Positions 1 to 13,951 of a DNA stretch of 64,000 nt are shown one piece after another (the first letter of the stretch is position 1; each line of letters begins with the position of its first letter). Source of the stretch: Hemiscyllium ocellatum. Taxonomy: Eukaryota. Below the pieces are notes generated by a model. That model was given only the letters and a program-made list of their open reading frames with translations. It was not told the DNA's origin and searched no databases. The translations under genes and the position numbers were made by a program. The stretch covers positions 41,899,575 through 41,963,574 of the forward strand of contig NC_083425.1 in the NCBI RefSeq assembly GCF_020745735.1, in the 5' to 3' direction.

Positions 1-1399
1 TCTTTACCGGATACACCGAGCTGAATGAGCTCAGATGATTTAATGCTGGGACACCTGGCCTTTTAAAGCCCCATGCCAACAGGAATTGAATTGGATTTGA
101 GGTTTACTGACCATATGACTGTACATGTGAACCAAAGAAGTTGGTAAGAAATGTCACTGAACCAGATTGAAAATTGCTTTGTACTGAAATGACTAAGTGC
201 AGGCATTTAGTGGCCAATTTGCGCAACCTCTTGCCAGTGCTAAAAATATAAAGGAATGCTGTTTTTATTGTCTGGTGTTCCCTCCCATGTTTATGGATGA
301 TCCACGTGGGTTACTGGACGACCTACGCAGATTTTAATTAAAGCAGCCTCTCTTTTTGCTGCTGTTGAAAACAACAGTCGCTGTATGGGAAGTTACATAC
401 AGCCGGTTGCTGGAACACCGCTGCTAATCAGATTGTGATCCTTTGCCAAATTAAAAATTAAGCATTGGGCACGATAGAGGGTGGAGCACCCCAAGGAGTG
501 GCTTTGAATGTTTCTTTGCAAACATCAAATATGTTTAAACATTTTCACTAAGAGGAAAGAAGTTACAAATATTTTAATAACAATTTTTTTGACACCAAAA
601 AAATAATTTGAACATTCCCACTGTGAAACCATATGGTCCAAGCCAGGGGCTGTCACGTACTGCTGAAGTGCACAAACAAACAGCAAGACTGGTTTTTCCA
701 GATTCTCATTTGAAAGATCATTGACCTGAAATGTTAGCTGTATTCCACTTTTCACTGTTGCTGTTGGACCTGCTGAATACTTTGTGTTTTGTTATTATTT
801 CATGGGATGTGGAAATTAGTGGCAAGGACAGCTTTTGTTGCCCACCCATAATTCTCCTTGACATTGAATAAATTCCTAAATAATTTCAGAGGAATATGAA
901 GAGTCAATCACATAGCTCTGGGAGTCTTATGTGAGCCAGACCCAGTAAGGAAAGCAGATTTTCTTCTTTGAAAAGGTTTCAGTGTACCATATGTGTTTTC
1001 ACAACAATCATGGGTAGTTGGCATGGTCACCTATCTTTCAATTCCATATTAAAAAATTTAAAAATCTAACCAACCCATATTGATGTGTTATTACATTCTG
1101 CTGGAGTAGGTGGAACTTGAACCCCAGCCTCCTGGCTTAGAGGAGCAACATTACCACTACATCATGAGATCCCTTGAGAGTTTAAAAATGCACCACCTGA
1201 AGGCTCTTATGGCACAATAGTATTGTCCCTACCTCTGAGCCAGAAGACCAGGGTTCAAGTCTCATCTGCTCCAGAGGTGTGGTAATAACCTCTGTGAACA
1301 GGCTGATTAGGAAATATTAATTACCACCAGCCGCCACGGTTGGAACTGAACTCAGGTCTCTGGAGTATTGGCTTTGGGGTGACGAGTCCAGTGACACAA

Positions 1400-2090
1400 A
1401 GCTGGATGGGAATATAAGTTGTGATGAGGATGTGAGGAAGCTCTACAGGCTTAAGTGAACAAGTAAGAATAGGACAGATGGAATATAATGTAAATATATA
1501 GAAAATGATCCACTTTGGTAGAAAAACAGTGTATTTCTTAAATGGCCACTGGTTCAGAAGTATTAGTGTCCAAAGAAACTGGGATATTTTTGTTCATGAG
1601 TCATGAAAGTCATAAAAGCATACAGGTGCAGCAAGCAATTAGGAAGGCAAATGGTATCTTGGCCTTCATCAAACAGGGATTTGAGTGCAGAAGTAAAAAT
1701 GTCTTGGCTCTAGTTATGTAGAGCCTTGGTGAAATCTTACTGGGCGTATTGCATATAGTTTTGGTTTCCATATCCATGGTGGGATATATTTATAATAGGA
1801 GTGTGTCAGAGGTTCACCAGATTAATCTCTAGGATGGCAGGATTGTCCTGTGATCAGGGATTGGGGAAACTGGGTCTGTATTGCATAGACGTTTGAAGAT
1901 TGTGAGGTGATCTTGTTGATAATGGCAAAAGTCTTACAGACTGTGACAGGTGGATGTTTTCCCTGACTGATGAATCTAGGTACAATGGATGTACTCTCAG
2001 GATAAGGGATGGGCCATTTATAAATGAGATGAGGTAGAATTTGTCACTCAGGGGCTGATGAATCTTTGGAACTCTAAACCCCAGAGGTCG
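1400..2090 (+). mobile_element. Degenerate CR1 LINE RT 3' fragment
   Basis: caggtgcagcaagcaattaggaaggcaaatggtat..ggccttcat and related CR1 RT-end sequence, with many stops. Confidence 0.75.
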
Positions 2091-4599
2091 TTGAGCATGT
2101 TGTGTTGAGCCTGATCTGTTGTGCTTTTCCAGCACCACTCTAATCTAGACTCTGATTTCCAGCATCTGCAGTCCTCAATTTTGCCTAGGTTAGGTGAACT
2201 GGCCAAGGTAAATTGCTCTTAGTGTTCAGGGATGTGCAGGTTAGGTGCATTTGTCAGGGGTAAATGCAGAGTAATGGGTTGCTCTTCGGAGAATCAATGT
2301 GGACTTGTTGGTCCAAAGGGCCTGTTTCCACACCTTGAGGATTCTATGATCACCTGACCACAGATTGAGACAAGTCCAGAAAACCCAGATGGAATAAATG
2401 AAACCAACTACATTAAGATTGCCATGTTATCTAAAGAGTGAAACCAGCCAACTGAGTCAACATCAAGAAAATTCACAACTCTTGTTTAATTCATACTTCC
2501 ACGATATATTCACATGTTCAGAAATGACCAGTTTTGGTTGAATATTCATTTTGGAATAACAATGCAGGAGACTCAGGAATATAGGATTGTGTCCATATCA
2601 ACAACTGCTTAACAGCAAAACAGAGAGATAAAACAAATGAACTGGTGACAACAAGGATGATGCATGCCTCTCTCTCCAGCTTATCAGCCTTGAAGTTAGT
2701 GCCTGGTGAAAAAACAACTTGGGACAACAACAATTGATCAAGAAATAACGATCTACAAATGTCATCAGTGCTGCAGAATATGCGCCAACAATTAAATTAC
2801 TGGCCTCAGGTTTTAAATCTGACACCACTCAGACTCTAAGGACCTTTTACTTTAAGGTTCCGTAGCTTATTCTTCCTGTCTGTACCAGCCACTTTCTTCT
2901 TCGAGTTACTATCTGTGTTTGTGAGTATGATTGAAGTTGCAATTTTGTTATTTTTCTCAGGATCAGTAATAATAAAATTCCTCTTTCTTACACTCAAGGA
3001 AAATTTTGCTTTAGGTCCTTCATTTTGATGTGGTTAATTATGTTTTAACTGAAGTGTGACAGCAATGCAATAAAAACAAATAAGGACATTTGTTGTGATC
3101 AACTGAGAGGAAGTTAAAAAGGGAGCTGATTCCCTCTTCTTGTCTTGGTTGTGATATTTATATATAAATAAACAATGCTGTAATACTGGAAAATATTTGG
3201 AAACATCTTAACTGCTGGAGTGAACGAAAGAAATGAGAAGCATCTTTAAGGAATCATAATCATTGGCTTGTTATTCAGGCTTAATAAGTAAGATGTGAGT
3301 CAGCATTTTGTGACAATACTTTACATACATTTTTTAAACATCAATGACATTCAGTATTAATGAGGTGTCAACAGTTTTAGTTGGTGACTGGTGGCTGGTT
3401 GGAGCCAATTGCAGCCATTGTGAAAACCTCTCAAGACCATCTGAACTTTGACATTCCTACCCACACTCCAGCAATAATGACGTTACTACACCAAACCCTA
3501 TTTTGAAATTCTTTTACATATGTAGAGAACAATGAAACAAAATACACAATAGCTTTCTACTGAGCAGCCAACACCCAATTTGAAGGGGTGGCGATGATGG
3601 AATTGTTGCTTTCTGTGTATACATCATTTAAATTTTGAAATACATTCTTACTGCAGATAAGGCAATGGCCTGGAATTGGTAGACTTATAATAGTATTCAC
3701 AACTATTTCCCTCTGAAACTGACTGCAATGTCATGATGTAGGAGAGGGAAGGTAAACATGAAAATTCAGCTCCTTATGCTCAGAACTGGTAAACAGTAAA
3801 ATCAGTCAATCACTAATATGGTGAGAACATAGAGTTTGTGTGGCTCAGTGGTGCTGTCCCTGCCTCTGAGTCAGAAGACCCAGGTTGCTTCAGAGGTGTG
3901 TAATGACATATCTGAACAGGTTGGTTTGTATATCTATACAGCAGAGGTAATGATGTGAACCAACATGTGAACAACATGGATTGGATGCTATCACTGATGT
4001 TTCTAAACTGTCCTCACATGTTGCCCTATGCTTGTCATAAATATACACAATACCAACAGAAGTATTGTGAGAACTTCCCCAAATCTCCTCTGACATCACT
4101 GATAAAAAGTCAGGTGTAACTGGCTTTCTACTGACATTCTGAGTGATAACTACAGCAGATTTAACAATGAAACAATAATTTTATATTTGTGAAATGTTAA
4201 GGCTACTTATTAGATTTTGTAAATTAAATTTTGTTTAATTTCTTTTTCAGAATTGATTTTGAAAACGTTGCTTCAGTTTCTACCTTCACCCCTTATGTAT
4301 GCCCAGTCTTTAGTTAATCTATGCATTTTTAAAAAAATACTTGCTTTTCTGGTTGGTTAGTTTTCTGTAAGAATTCTTTAGTTTGATTGGCAGTTGGGCA
4401 TCTTGGTAACATCACTGCAACTCCAAATTGAGAATTTCCATGGAACAGGAAATTCAGTGCTGGAAGGAGAGGTATACCTGTTGCCACAGAAGTTGCTAGA
4501 TTCTCCCAGCAAGGCTTTATTCCAGGTCAGCAGTATAACCATTGTCTGTAAAATCTAAGCCAAAAGCATTGGCGTCAGTGGATGTGAATAATAACTGCT

Positions 4600-4895
4600 C
4601 TTATACCACCGAATCCCTACAGAAGGCCAGGATTTAGCCTGTCCAACCCTCCTTAGACCATTCCACACTTCTCTGTAACATCACATTTTTCGCAGCTAAT
4701 CTGCTACAGGGCATTTAGAAGGCCAATCCACAAGACTTGCACATCTTGGGACTGTGGGAGGAAACCAGAGCACCCAAAAGGAACACAGACAAAGGGAGAA
4801 CATGCAATCTCTACACACACCCAACTAATGCTGGAATTGAACCTGGACCCCCAGCAATGTGAGGCAGCAGTTCTAACCACCATACTGCCACACCA
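4600..4895 (-). mobile_element. HE1/V-SINE, diverged
   Basis: actgtgggaggaaaccagagcaccc...gtgaggcagcag. Confidence 0.8.
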
Positions 4896-5174
4896 GCTGG
4901 TATTCTATCTTTGATTAATTTATATTATTCTTTACAAACCTATTGAATAACTAAAGCATCTTTTATGAGATACTTGATTAAGCAGAAATAGAGCTGCCAA
5001 TTGTCATTGAAGATATTCCTGGAGGTCTTCATCACATGATTCTGTCCATCCAAATTCACTCCTATACTGCCTTCAATAGCTGCCCAACACATCCATACTC
5101 GGACTTAAGTCCCCATCACCTTCCCATTATCAATTGGAAAGCAAAAAATATTTCATTATCCAATCGTTTGATCA

Positions 5175-5840
5175 ATCATAGATTCATAGAATTGTACCCC
5201 ATGGAAACTGACCCTTTAGTCCACCTTGTCCATGCCGACTAGATATCTTAAATTAGTCTAGTCCCATTTGCCAGCATTTGGCCCATATCATCTAAACCTT
5301 TCCTATTCATGTACCAGTACAGATGTTTTCTCAGTGTTGTAATTGTACCAGCCTCCACCGTTTCCTCTGGTAGCTCACTTAATCCACCACTCTCTGCATG
5401 AAAAAGTTACCTCTTTTGTATCATTCCCCTCTCACTTTAAACCTATGCCCTCTAGTTTTAGATTCCCTTACTGTGGGAAAAAAGACCTTGGCTATTCACT
5501 CTATCCATGCTGCACATAATTTTATAACCCTCGATAATGTCACCCCTCAGCCTCCGCCACTCCAGGGAAAATAGCCCCAGTCTGTTTAGTCTCTCCCTGT
5601 AGCTCAAACCTCCAACCTCAGCAACACCCTTGTAAATCTTTTCTATAGCAGGGAGACCAAAATTTAATGCACTATTCCAAAAGTGGCCTAACCAATGCCC
5701 TGTACAGCTGCAACATGACCTCCCAACTCCTATTATCAATGCATTGACTAATAAAGGCAAGTGTACCAAATGCCTTTGCTACTCTGTCTACCTATAACCC
5801 TACCCTCAAGGAACTATGAACTTGCATACCAAGGTCTCTT
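5175..5840 (-). mobile_element. CR1 LINE 3' fragment
   Basis: LSYRERLNRLGLFSLEWRRLRGDIIEGYKIM; tail atcatagattcataga. Confidence 0.88.
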
Positions 5841-5989
5841 TCAAAATAGCTCTTTCTTCCATTTTCAATAAATTTAAACATTTAAAGAAAATGAGAAAAA
5901 TAATTATTTTTATACCCCATGATATCTTCAATGATTTCAGACTGCAGGCCAACCTGGGAAAGTTGGGAACCTTAGACACATCTGGATCA

Positions 5990-6336
5990 TCATAGAGCCA
6001 CTACAGTATGGAAACAGGCCATTTGGCCCAACAAGACCACACTGACCCACCGAAGAGAAACCCACCCAGATCCATTCCCCTATTACTCTACATTTACCCT
6101 TGATAATGCACCTAACCTACTCATCTCTGAACACTATGGACAATATAGCATGGCCAATTCACCTTAACTGCGCAGCTTTGGATTGTGGGAGGGAACTGGA
6201 GCACCCAGAGGAAACCCATGCAGACATGGGGAGAATGTACAAATTCCACACAGACTGTCGCCCGCGGCTGGAATCGACCCTGGTCCCTGGCACTGTGAGG
6301 CAGCAGTGCCAACCACAGAACCACCATGCCGCCCAA
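5990..6336 (-). mobile_element. HE1/V-SINE
   Basis: Reverse-complement head and V-domain. Confidence 0.88.
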
Positions 6337-6719
6337 CCATGGATGTTGCTTTCAATTCCATTGCAGAAACCCTCCTCAGTTGACAGGTGTAAGGAAGCAT
6401 GTCTGAAACTTGGACAGTCTCAACCCACTCTCAAACAGAGAACACCCTTGGGGCCAAACTTGCCTCACTCAGCAGAAAGGCTGTGGGACTGTTGATGGTC
6501 TTACTGAAAGCAGCTATGAGACAACTAGCATGACAAAAGGAAATCTGTTGTCATGTTACTGAAGGAAATTGAGATTAGAATTGAGGTAAATCATTGCCGT
6601 AGATTACAGGAAGCTTTACATCAAATCATGATTCACCAGATGGGCAGGAATGAAAGTAATTGCTTTTAAGTGCTTAATCCTGCAGCATTAACATTCTCTG
6701 AGTTGAATGTTTGAGAAAA

Positions 6720-7140
6720 GAACATACATGATAGGAGTAGGAGTAGACCATAGGCCCTCTCACAGCTGCTCCCCTGTATTTGAGTTGATTGTTGTCTCAA
6801 CCTCATGCTTCTGCCACTTTCATGTCATTTGATTCCTGAGAGACCAAACATTTGCCTGGCTCAGATTTACACATCCTGAACAACGCAATGTCCACAAACC
6901 TCTTGGAAGGATAATTTTAAAGACTGGCGGACATTTCAGTGAAGAAATTTCCCCTAATCTTAGTTTTAAATGGGGCTTACCTTGCGAATGTGTCCTCCTG
7001 TTCTAGCTTCTCCAGTCGGGGAAGCAACTTGTGTGTTTCAATAAGACTCTGCCTCATTCTTCTAATCTGAGAATATAGGCTTAATCTACTCAGCACTTTA
7101 TTATAAGGCAATAGTATCAACTCAAAGACCAAACTAGTTT
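6720..7140 (-). mobile_element. Old CR1 LINE 3' end
   Basis: gaacatacatgataggagtaggagtagacc...gaagaaatttcccctaatct...cctcattcttctaa pattern. Confidence 0.6.
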
Positions 7141-7184
7141 GATTATTTATTTAGTGAGTATTACATCTTCTTACAACAAAAAAA

Positions 7185-7898
7185 GTAGGGCTTATACAAT
7201 TAATGGTAGGGCCTTGGGTAGTGTTGTAGAACAAAGGGACCTAATTCTTTGAAGTTTGCATTACATATAGACAGGCTAGTTAAAAAAGAATTTGGCACAC
7301 TTGCTTTCATTGCTCAGACCTTTGAGTAGAGGAGTTGGGAAGTTATGCTGAGGTTGTCCAGAACTTTGGTGTGGTCTCTTCTGAATATTGTGTACAGTTC
7401 TGGTCGCCCAGTTATAGGAAGGATACCATTAAGCTGGAGAAGATGCGGAGAGATTTACCAGTATTTGACAGGTATGGAAAGTTTGAGTGAAAAAAGACAG
7501 GCTGGTTAGGCTGGACCAGAGCATAAGAGGTTGTGGGGTGACCTTACAAAAGTTTATAAAATAATGAGGGGTTCAGATAGCGTTAATAGTAGTTGTGTTT
7601 TTCCTAGGATGGCGATTTTAAGATTGTTCAAAGTGAGAGAAGAGAGATTTAAAAATGATACATGGGGCTATTTTTTACATAATGATGGTTTGCGTGTGTG
7701 GAATGAACTTCCTGAGGAAGTGATTGTTGGAGTACAATTATCTTTAAAAGACATTTGGATGGATACATGAATAGGAAAGGTTTGGAGGGATATGGGTCAG
7801 GAGCTAGCAGGTGGAACTAGTTTGGTTCGGGATTATGTTCAGCATGGACTGTTTGGATCGAAGGGTCTGTTTCTGTACTGTATGACTCTATAACTCTA
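7185..7898 (+). mobile_element. CR1 LINE 3' fragment
   Basis: GDLTKVYKIMRG..VWNELPEEV; tail actctat repeats. Confidence 0.85.
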
Positions 7899-7929
7899 AA
7901 TGATTACCTCATCATTGTTTGACTTGAAG

Positions 7930-8445
7930 ACCATTGTTCTATAACTTAGCCTGCACAGGCAGACTCCTCAGTAATGTGCAGTGTTGTTTATGTCCTTCCA
8001 CAAGTGGTGGATGGGGGGTTTGTACTGACACCCCAGTAATGGATTTTGACTGTACGGTCGCCATGCCTTATCCTGAACCTGTTCATGAAGGACCATTTTT
8101 GGCCTGTTACTTCAAAGGCTGTCAGTCAACAGATGGGGTTGGCCATCAGGAAGTTGTTAGTGCCATGTTTGCCATTCCTTGATCTACAGGATGTCTGCTG
8201 GTAGATCATGCTCTGAGAGATTGCTCTATATGGGGTATTGAAATGGAAAGTGCACAGTAGGAAGATTAAACAGGTCATCATGGAGTTGGTAAGTGACGTG
8301 CAGCACAATGGTTTCAGCCAGCTTGTGTGTTTCTGTCATTTGGGGGATGTGTCGGTGAGTGACGTTTGTGAGGACTGGGAGCTGGGGAAGGATGTTGAAT
8401 TGCGGGTTCCAGTTAGGATGGGCATTGTTGTATTCAATTGAGTGT
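7930..8445 (-). mobile_element. Degenerate Vingi/Ingi-like LINE C-terminal fragment
   Basis: Minus strand reads roughly W..MNRFRIRHGDR....HYWG.....P..TCG...TTLHI, resembling the NRxRTGHG..WG..CxCG..QTxxHI zinc-knuckle end. Confidence 0.45.
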
Positions 8446-8872
8446 CAATTATAACTTATATATTATAATTATGGGGGGGAAGGCTGAAGAATGGTGATGA
8501 GAAACATATTAGCCAAGATCAAATGGTGGAACAAACTCGATGGATCGAATGGCCTAATTGCTCTGATATCTTATGGTCTTATGATTTTAGAATCATCAGT
8601 CAGGCAGTACAGCAAGCTTCATTTATGATTAGACACTTTCCTGTACTTTACAGACATAAAGAATGTGTTTCTATTTCTATTCAACAAAATAGATAAAACC
8701 ATTCACTTGTTGATTTTTTGGGGCAATGCCCTGACCAATCAGAGCCTACTGCCTGGCTTAAAAATGAAATAAAACATGATGGTGAACTGTAAATTATCAT
8801 TAATTAGGGCATTCTGTTTGGCAAAACCTCAAGAAATCAGAGACCTGTCATACAGTACAGAAACAGGCCAGG

Positions 8873-8972
8873 ATTCCTGATGAAGGGCTTTTGCCCAAAA
8901 TGTCGATTTTCCTGCTCCTTGGATGCTGCCTATCCTGCTGTGCTTTTCCAGCACCACTCTAATCTTGACTCC
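8873..8972 (+). mobile_element. Penelope pLTR fragment with mutated HHR
   Basis: ttcCTGATGAagggcttttgcccAAAAtgtcga (GAAA changed to AAAA) followed by the family 3' tail. Confidence 0.7.
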
Positions 8973-9948
8973 AGAAATCAGAGTCCACTTGTCCATAAAT
9001 TAGGATTCTTCTCTCATACAGTATGGTTCTCCTTAAATTTGTTTTCTTGTGAGTTGTCCTGTAGATGAAACAAAACGTGTCTCTTTACAGCAATAATCAT
9101 GTATTGTATGACCAAATGACTATATATTGAAATCTCCAAGTCAACGTTTTCACTTTTGCAGTAATACCTTCTGGCACCAGTGTAATCTCTTCATGGTGTT
9201 TAACCTTTATTTTTCTTTCCGATAATTTGTTTGTTGTCTACACAGCTTTTGCCAATGCTGTCATGCCAATAAATATAATGCATTGTCACACTCTTCCTAC
9301 AAACACTGGGTAATGGAATATGTCACAGCAATGTCCTTCCAGAAAATAGATACAAACGTACATTGCCATGTGCACTAATTGCAAAAAATGCAAACATGAA
9401 TTTATTTTGTTGAGAACCCCATTGAAAAAAATACATTTCATAAATTCAGACACCAAGTTTGGAGGAATTATCGGACACTTAAGCCAAGAAGAACAATGAA
9501 TATTGCTTCAACTACTTTACATTGTTGTGTTCTGGGATGATTCACCCAATTCCTTCAATCGTCAGATTAAACAGTTCAACCAGAGAAATGGCGGCATTGT
9601 GATAATCCAGAGGAGGAATGTGGGTTCAAATCCTACCATGGCAATTAGCTGAATTTACATTCAACAAATTATAAATCTAGAATATAAAACTAGTTGTTGG
9701 TTAAATTAAGCTATCATCAATTGTTATAAATACCCACTGATGCCCTTTAGAAACCCTGCCATCATTAGTCATGCCCATGTGTGACTCCAGATCCACAGTA
9801 GTGAATCCTTATTCCTGCGAAATGGCCTAGCAAGTCACTTTGTTAAAGGCAATAAAGGTTGGGCAATAAGTGCTGGCTTTGCCAGTAACACCTAGATGCA
9901 GAAGACAAGCCCCCAATTCAGTGAATCTTGTAATTGCTTATCTTTTAT

Positions 9949-10181
9949 TGAAATAACTCCATAGAGGCCGGTACCCCATCACCGGGTCACTCTTTAATTA
10001 CATGTGGCAAGTCCTTGACACTGTTCCAGCTTTGTCAGATCTGGCTCTCATAGGAACAGAACCTCTGACACTCCTGTTTGCATCTGTCAATCAGGGCTCC
10101 TTGGTTGAACCAGGTTAACATCCCCCATCAGGGAACTCGTTCCACACAGTCCACCAGGCTGACCTTGTTCCAATCACTACA
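9949..10181 (-). mobile_element. Solo LTR
   Basis: Minus strand begins TGTAGT and ends TTTCA, with an internal ATTAAA poly(A)-like signal. Flanks tttat/gttat form an imperfect 5-bp TSD. Confidence 0.6.
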
Positions 10182-10902
10182 GTTATCATTCTAGGAAGCG
10201 TTTTGCAGTCACCATTGGTTATTCTGACTGAACCTCCTCATATAATTCATTTTTAATATAAAGGCATTCAAATACTTTCTGATTAAGAAGACTCCTTTTG
10301 GTCCTGAGCCATGCTGACCAGAAAGGACCAAAATTTGATTGTGTTGTTATGATCTGGAAAGCGGCACATGAAATGTGGAAAGCAGATTTGACAGTTCTTT
10401 CTAAAAGTGATTTGGAAAATATACCTTAAAAACAAAAAAAAAATCATGGTTATGGAGCAAGAACGATGAAGTCAGAAAAATTGGTGCAACTTCCAACAAG
10501 CCTACACAAATACCATGGACCAAGTTTCCTCCTTCTGTACAGCAGATATATTAAGATCAGTTTAAAAAGATTTTTGATTAACACTGATCAAAAATGTGCT
10601 GGTTTGGTGGATTGGCCATGCTAAATTGCCAATACATCCAGGGATCTGTATGCTAGGTGGATTAGCAGTGGGAAATGCACGGTTGCAAGGAGAGGGTCGA
10701 GTGTAGAATCTGGACGCCCTTTGGAGGATCGATGTGGATCCAACGAGCCGAATGGCCTGCTTCCACATTGTAGGGATCCTATGCTCATCGAGGGATGTGG
10801 GACACAGGCATAATTGTGGAGTTAAAGTCACAATCGAATCAGCCACCTTATTGAATAGTGAAGCACGTTCCACAGGTTAGATGACTTGTTCCTGCTCACT
10901 AT

Positions 10903-11106
10903 GATGTGGAGGAGCTGGTGTTGGACTGGGGTGGACAAAGTTAAAAAATCACACAACACCAGGTTATAGTCCAACAGGTTTATTTGGAAGCACTAGCTTT
11001 TGGAGCACTGCTCCTTCATTAGGTGGTTCGGAGCAGCGCTCTGAAAGCTAGTGCTTCAAATAAACCTGTTGGACTATAACCTGGTGTTGTGTGATTTCTA
11101 ACTTTG
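10903..11106. mobile_element. Short palindromic Penelope-derived element with degenerate hammerhead motif
   Basis: Inverted arms ~10935-11015 and ~11030-11107. Minus strand reads cacCTAATGAaggagcagtgctccAAAAgcTAgtg (decayed HHR). Confidence 0.7.
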
Positions 11107-12021
11107 TTTCTGCTCCTATTTCTTATTATCCTCGATCTTTATACGTAACAACTGGTCACTTGAGGTACTGAAGAGCAGCCGACAGCAATTAACCTGCTTT
11201 AGAAAAATGGGTGAGGAAAATAATTTGAAAAAGAGAAATGTCCCATGACTAAAATATTGCTTCTAATAACTTGAACTGTTTGCAGAATAAATACTTATAT
11301 TATCCTATTCAAACTGTCTGCTATAATACTAAATAATTGTAGGATATTTGAAAGGATAGTAAAGGTCAGAAGATGGAGTATATTACATATTTTTGGTTTT
11401 GTTTCATTTTACTCAAAAATTCTTGCCATTTTGATGTTTTATCCGTCCTTTTTAAAGCAAGAATTTTTATCTGGACTTTTAATCTTCATGAATCCTACAT
11501 TTTCTCTCATGCTTGTTCCGAAATAGAAATTCTTTCTATTTCTTACATTTCTGACTCATTGTCACTTCTACCCACTCCAGCACACTACAGTATGAGAAAG
11601 ACTGGCACAGAATCTGACTGAGAGCAAAGAGCGTCTTTGCTACTTTGTGCTGGTAGGAAGAGAACAAGCTAACTGCAAATGTTTCTGCTTTTTAGGATAA
11701 CTGCAATGCATACCTCATCAGGTGAGCATTGAAAACAAAACTCTAAAATAAGGAATAGGAATACATTACAGTCATATTCTTTCATGTGTAGTGAAGACAG
11801 ACCTATCAATTAGTCAGTTTGCACAAAGTACTTTGCTGAACAAATCATATTTAACCATGAAAATCCACTGGGGCTAAGCTTATAGAATGAGAGCTTTGCA
11901 GCACTAATGTATTTGCTTTGGTGTATTTCACACATCCAGTGGACTCAGAAGAACTACTCTGGTTTCCCCCATAGTCCAATCATTTAGATACAGCTAGTGA
12001 TCTCCCAACCTGATTCTCATG

Positions 12022-12340
12022 TCATGCACTGGCATTAAAGCTTCCTATGCTGGAGCAGAATTGTGCTGGTGCAGTTTCTTGCAAGAATTGTTGTTGACAG
12101 AAATTTTTCATATCAGGCATCTCCTGAGGAACACCTACTCTAGGGAACTCCTGCAGAGATGTCCTGGAGCTGAGATGACTGACCTCCACAATGACAACCA
12201 TCTTCCTATCCGTCAGGAAGTTGGCTTTGATGGGGTCTGGAGCAGCAGTGTCTTCGAAGGCTGCGTCAGCTGGTTTGTGAAACCTGGAGTGGGACTCTTG
12301 CAGTTGCATGGTATGAGCTGGTGTAGCCCAGAGAAAGTCT
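12022..12340 (-). CDS. Predicted terminal coding exon E of the cryptic gene (DFLWATPAHTMQLQ...NASA*)
   Basis: Polypyrimidine acceptor atttctttctctactgttag|, phase 2. 105 open codons to TGA, with higher GC than the flanks. Confidence 0.65.
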
Positions 12341-13816
12341 CTAACAGTAGAGAAAGAAATACTGGACTCTTTCTAAGTTATCTTGCTTTATTTTATTTAT
12401 GGTAATGAGAATGGCACAGAATTATGGCAACAGTATAAATCTTTCACTAAATTTTATATTGAATACAAGTGACAATAAATGATTCAATTCGGTTCAATTC
12501 CTATAGTTAAGAGTGAGATATGGTAGGACACTACTAATGTGCAGGTGACACACAAGATAGCCACTGTTAAGTATAGGAGTTAAAACAACTGCAACCAAAG
12601 AAATAGGGCAATGAATCTAACAGCGGTGAGCTACCAATGAATCCAATTCAGTTAAAAAAAACTAATAACATCAAATTGTCATTGTTATAGTTTTGAAGCA
12701 AATTCCATTTGTGTGCTTGCAGGAATCTAATTTGCTCCAAATACTTGAGTACTGCTTGTTTTGAATCAATGGGCATCAAGAATTGCTGAAAATCTCCCAT
12801 CTGGATGATGTAATTAGGCTTGTACTAAAGGGCAACAGAAGCTTCTTGTGCCTTAGACCAATCTTATCAGAAAGGCTGAAGAAAACAAAAAGCAGACGTA
12901 TTCACAAAGATCACTGTTCCCTTGCCTGAGGTATGCACCTCTGCTACTAAAGTACGGGAATCATATTTCAGCCTCTTATTGCATAGGTAGTATTCAGCTG
13001 TGAAAAACCCTTCTCATGTGTCTGGATGGAAGTACAGGTTGGGTGAAACATAAAGGAATTTACCTTTAATCACTATGAATAACTGATCCAATTTTCTGTC
13101 ACCACAATAATTTCCCATTAATAGCATGGTACAGTGTATCAAGGCCTGATTCCTCATCTTATTTTAAAACTCAACAATATGTGCTGTAGGCAAAGTTTAC
13201 TAAACAAACTTTACACTTGCCAACAACTTATTCAAATAAAGGATGGGTTTCCTTTTTTGAGCTGTGAGCTGGGCTATAGCCCAGTTTACATTTAGAGTTT
13301 TGGAGAACTATAGACTGGGCATATGTATATATAGGTGTGTGTATAATATATATAATGTGCTTATTAATATACAATCTAGAATACTAGGAAGAACATGAAT
13401 GTTGCATCAAGCTTTTCCATTGCCATTTTTCCAGCTAAAAAATGTTTGATTTGTGAAAACATTTCATTCTTGCCATCTTTTAACAGTGAGCCAACTAGCG
13501 GTTGAATTACAATAATTTTGGTTGAATATGGCCTTGTATGGGAGTATGTAGTGGGGTGGAGTACAGTTTTGAGCATCAGATCACAGTTTGCGGTATAGTT
13601 TACATTGATCTAATATATTGCTTGCAAGCCCAACTACTGGCAGTAGCTGACAACAATTTTGGGTCTAGCCACCATGAAGTATCTGATTTTACACCAGAGG
13701 GCATAATTTAGTTGGTTCCCAACAGACAACATTTGAAGCTGTTTGACAGGCTGAATTTTAAGGTGTGTTTTTACCATCGAGCAAATATAGTTTTAAAATT
13801 CCCTCTCTACACTTAC

Positions 13817-13951
13817 CTTCTTGTATCCCTTGAGTAGAATATGAGTGCTGTATAATTATGTTGTTCTGCAGCGTCTGGGTATGCTATGGAACTGGACAAT
13901 GTTTTCTTGATGGCCCTACTTAAGAGTCTGGACCAACCCAATTCCCAAACC
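13817..13951 (-). CDS. Predicted exon D of the cryptic gene (VWELGWSRLL...LIFYSRDTR)
   Basis: Acceptor ctgttccag|, consensus donor GAAG|gtaagt. 135 nt, phase 2/2. Confidence 0.68.

Noticed and set aside
35-112. Possible C/D-box snoRNA (ATGATT...CTGA)
   Set aside because: Box C does not match RUGAUGA and there is no terminal stem.
370-410. Small hairpin gctgtatg-ggaagtta-catacagc
   Set aside because: Stem too short for a pre-miRNA and no known family recognised.
1-11000. Exons of expected syntenic neighbours (TMEM220, ADPRM, CPPED1)
   Set aside because: No matching peptide motifs were recognised in the segments translated; a short exon could have been missed.
12019-12405. 128-aa plus-strand ORF
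   Set aside because: Antisense shadow of predicted exon E; the splice signals favour the minus strand.
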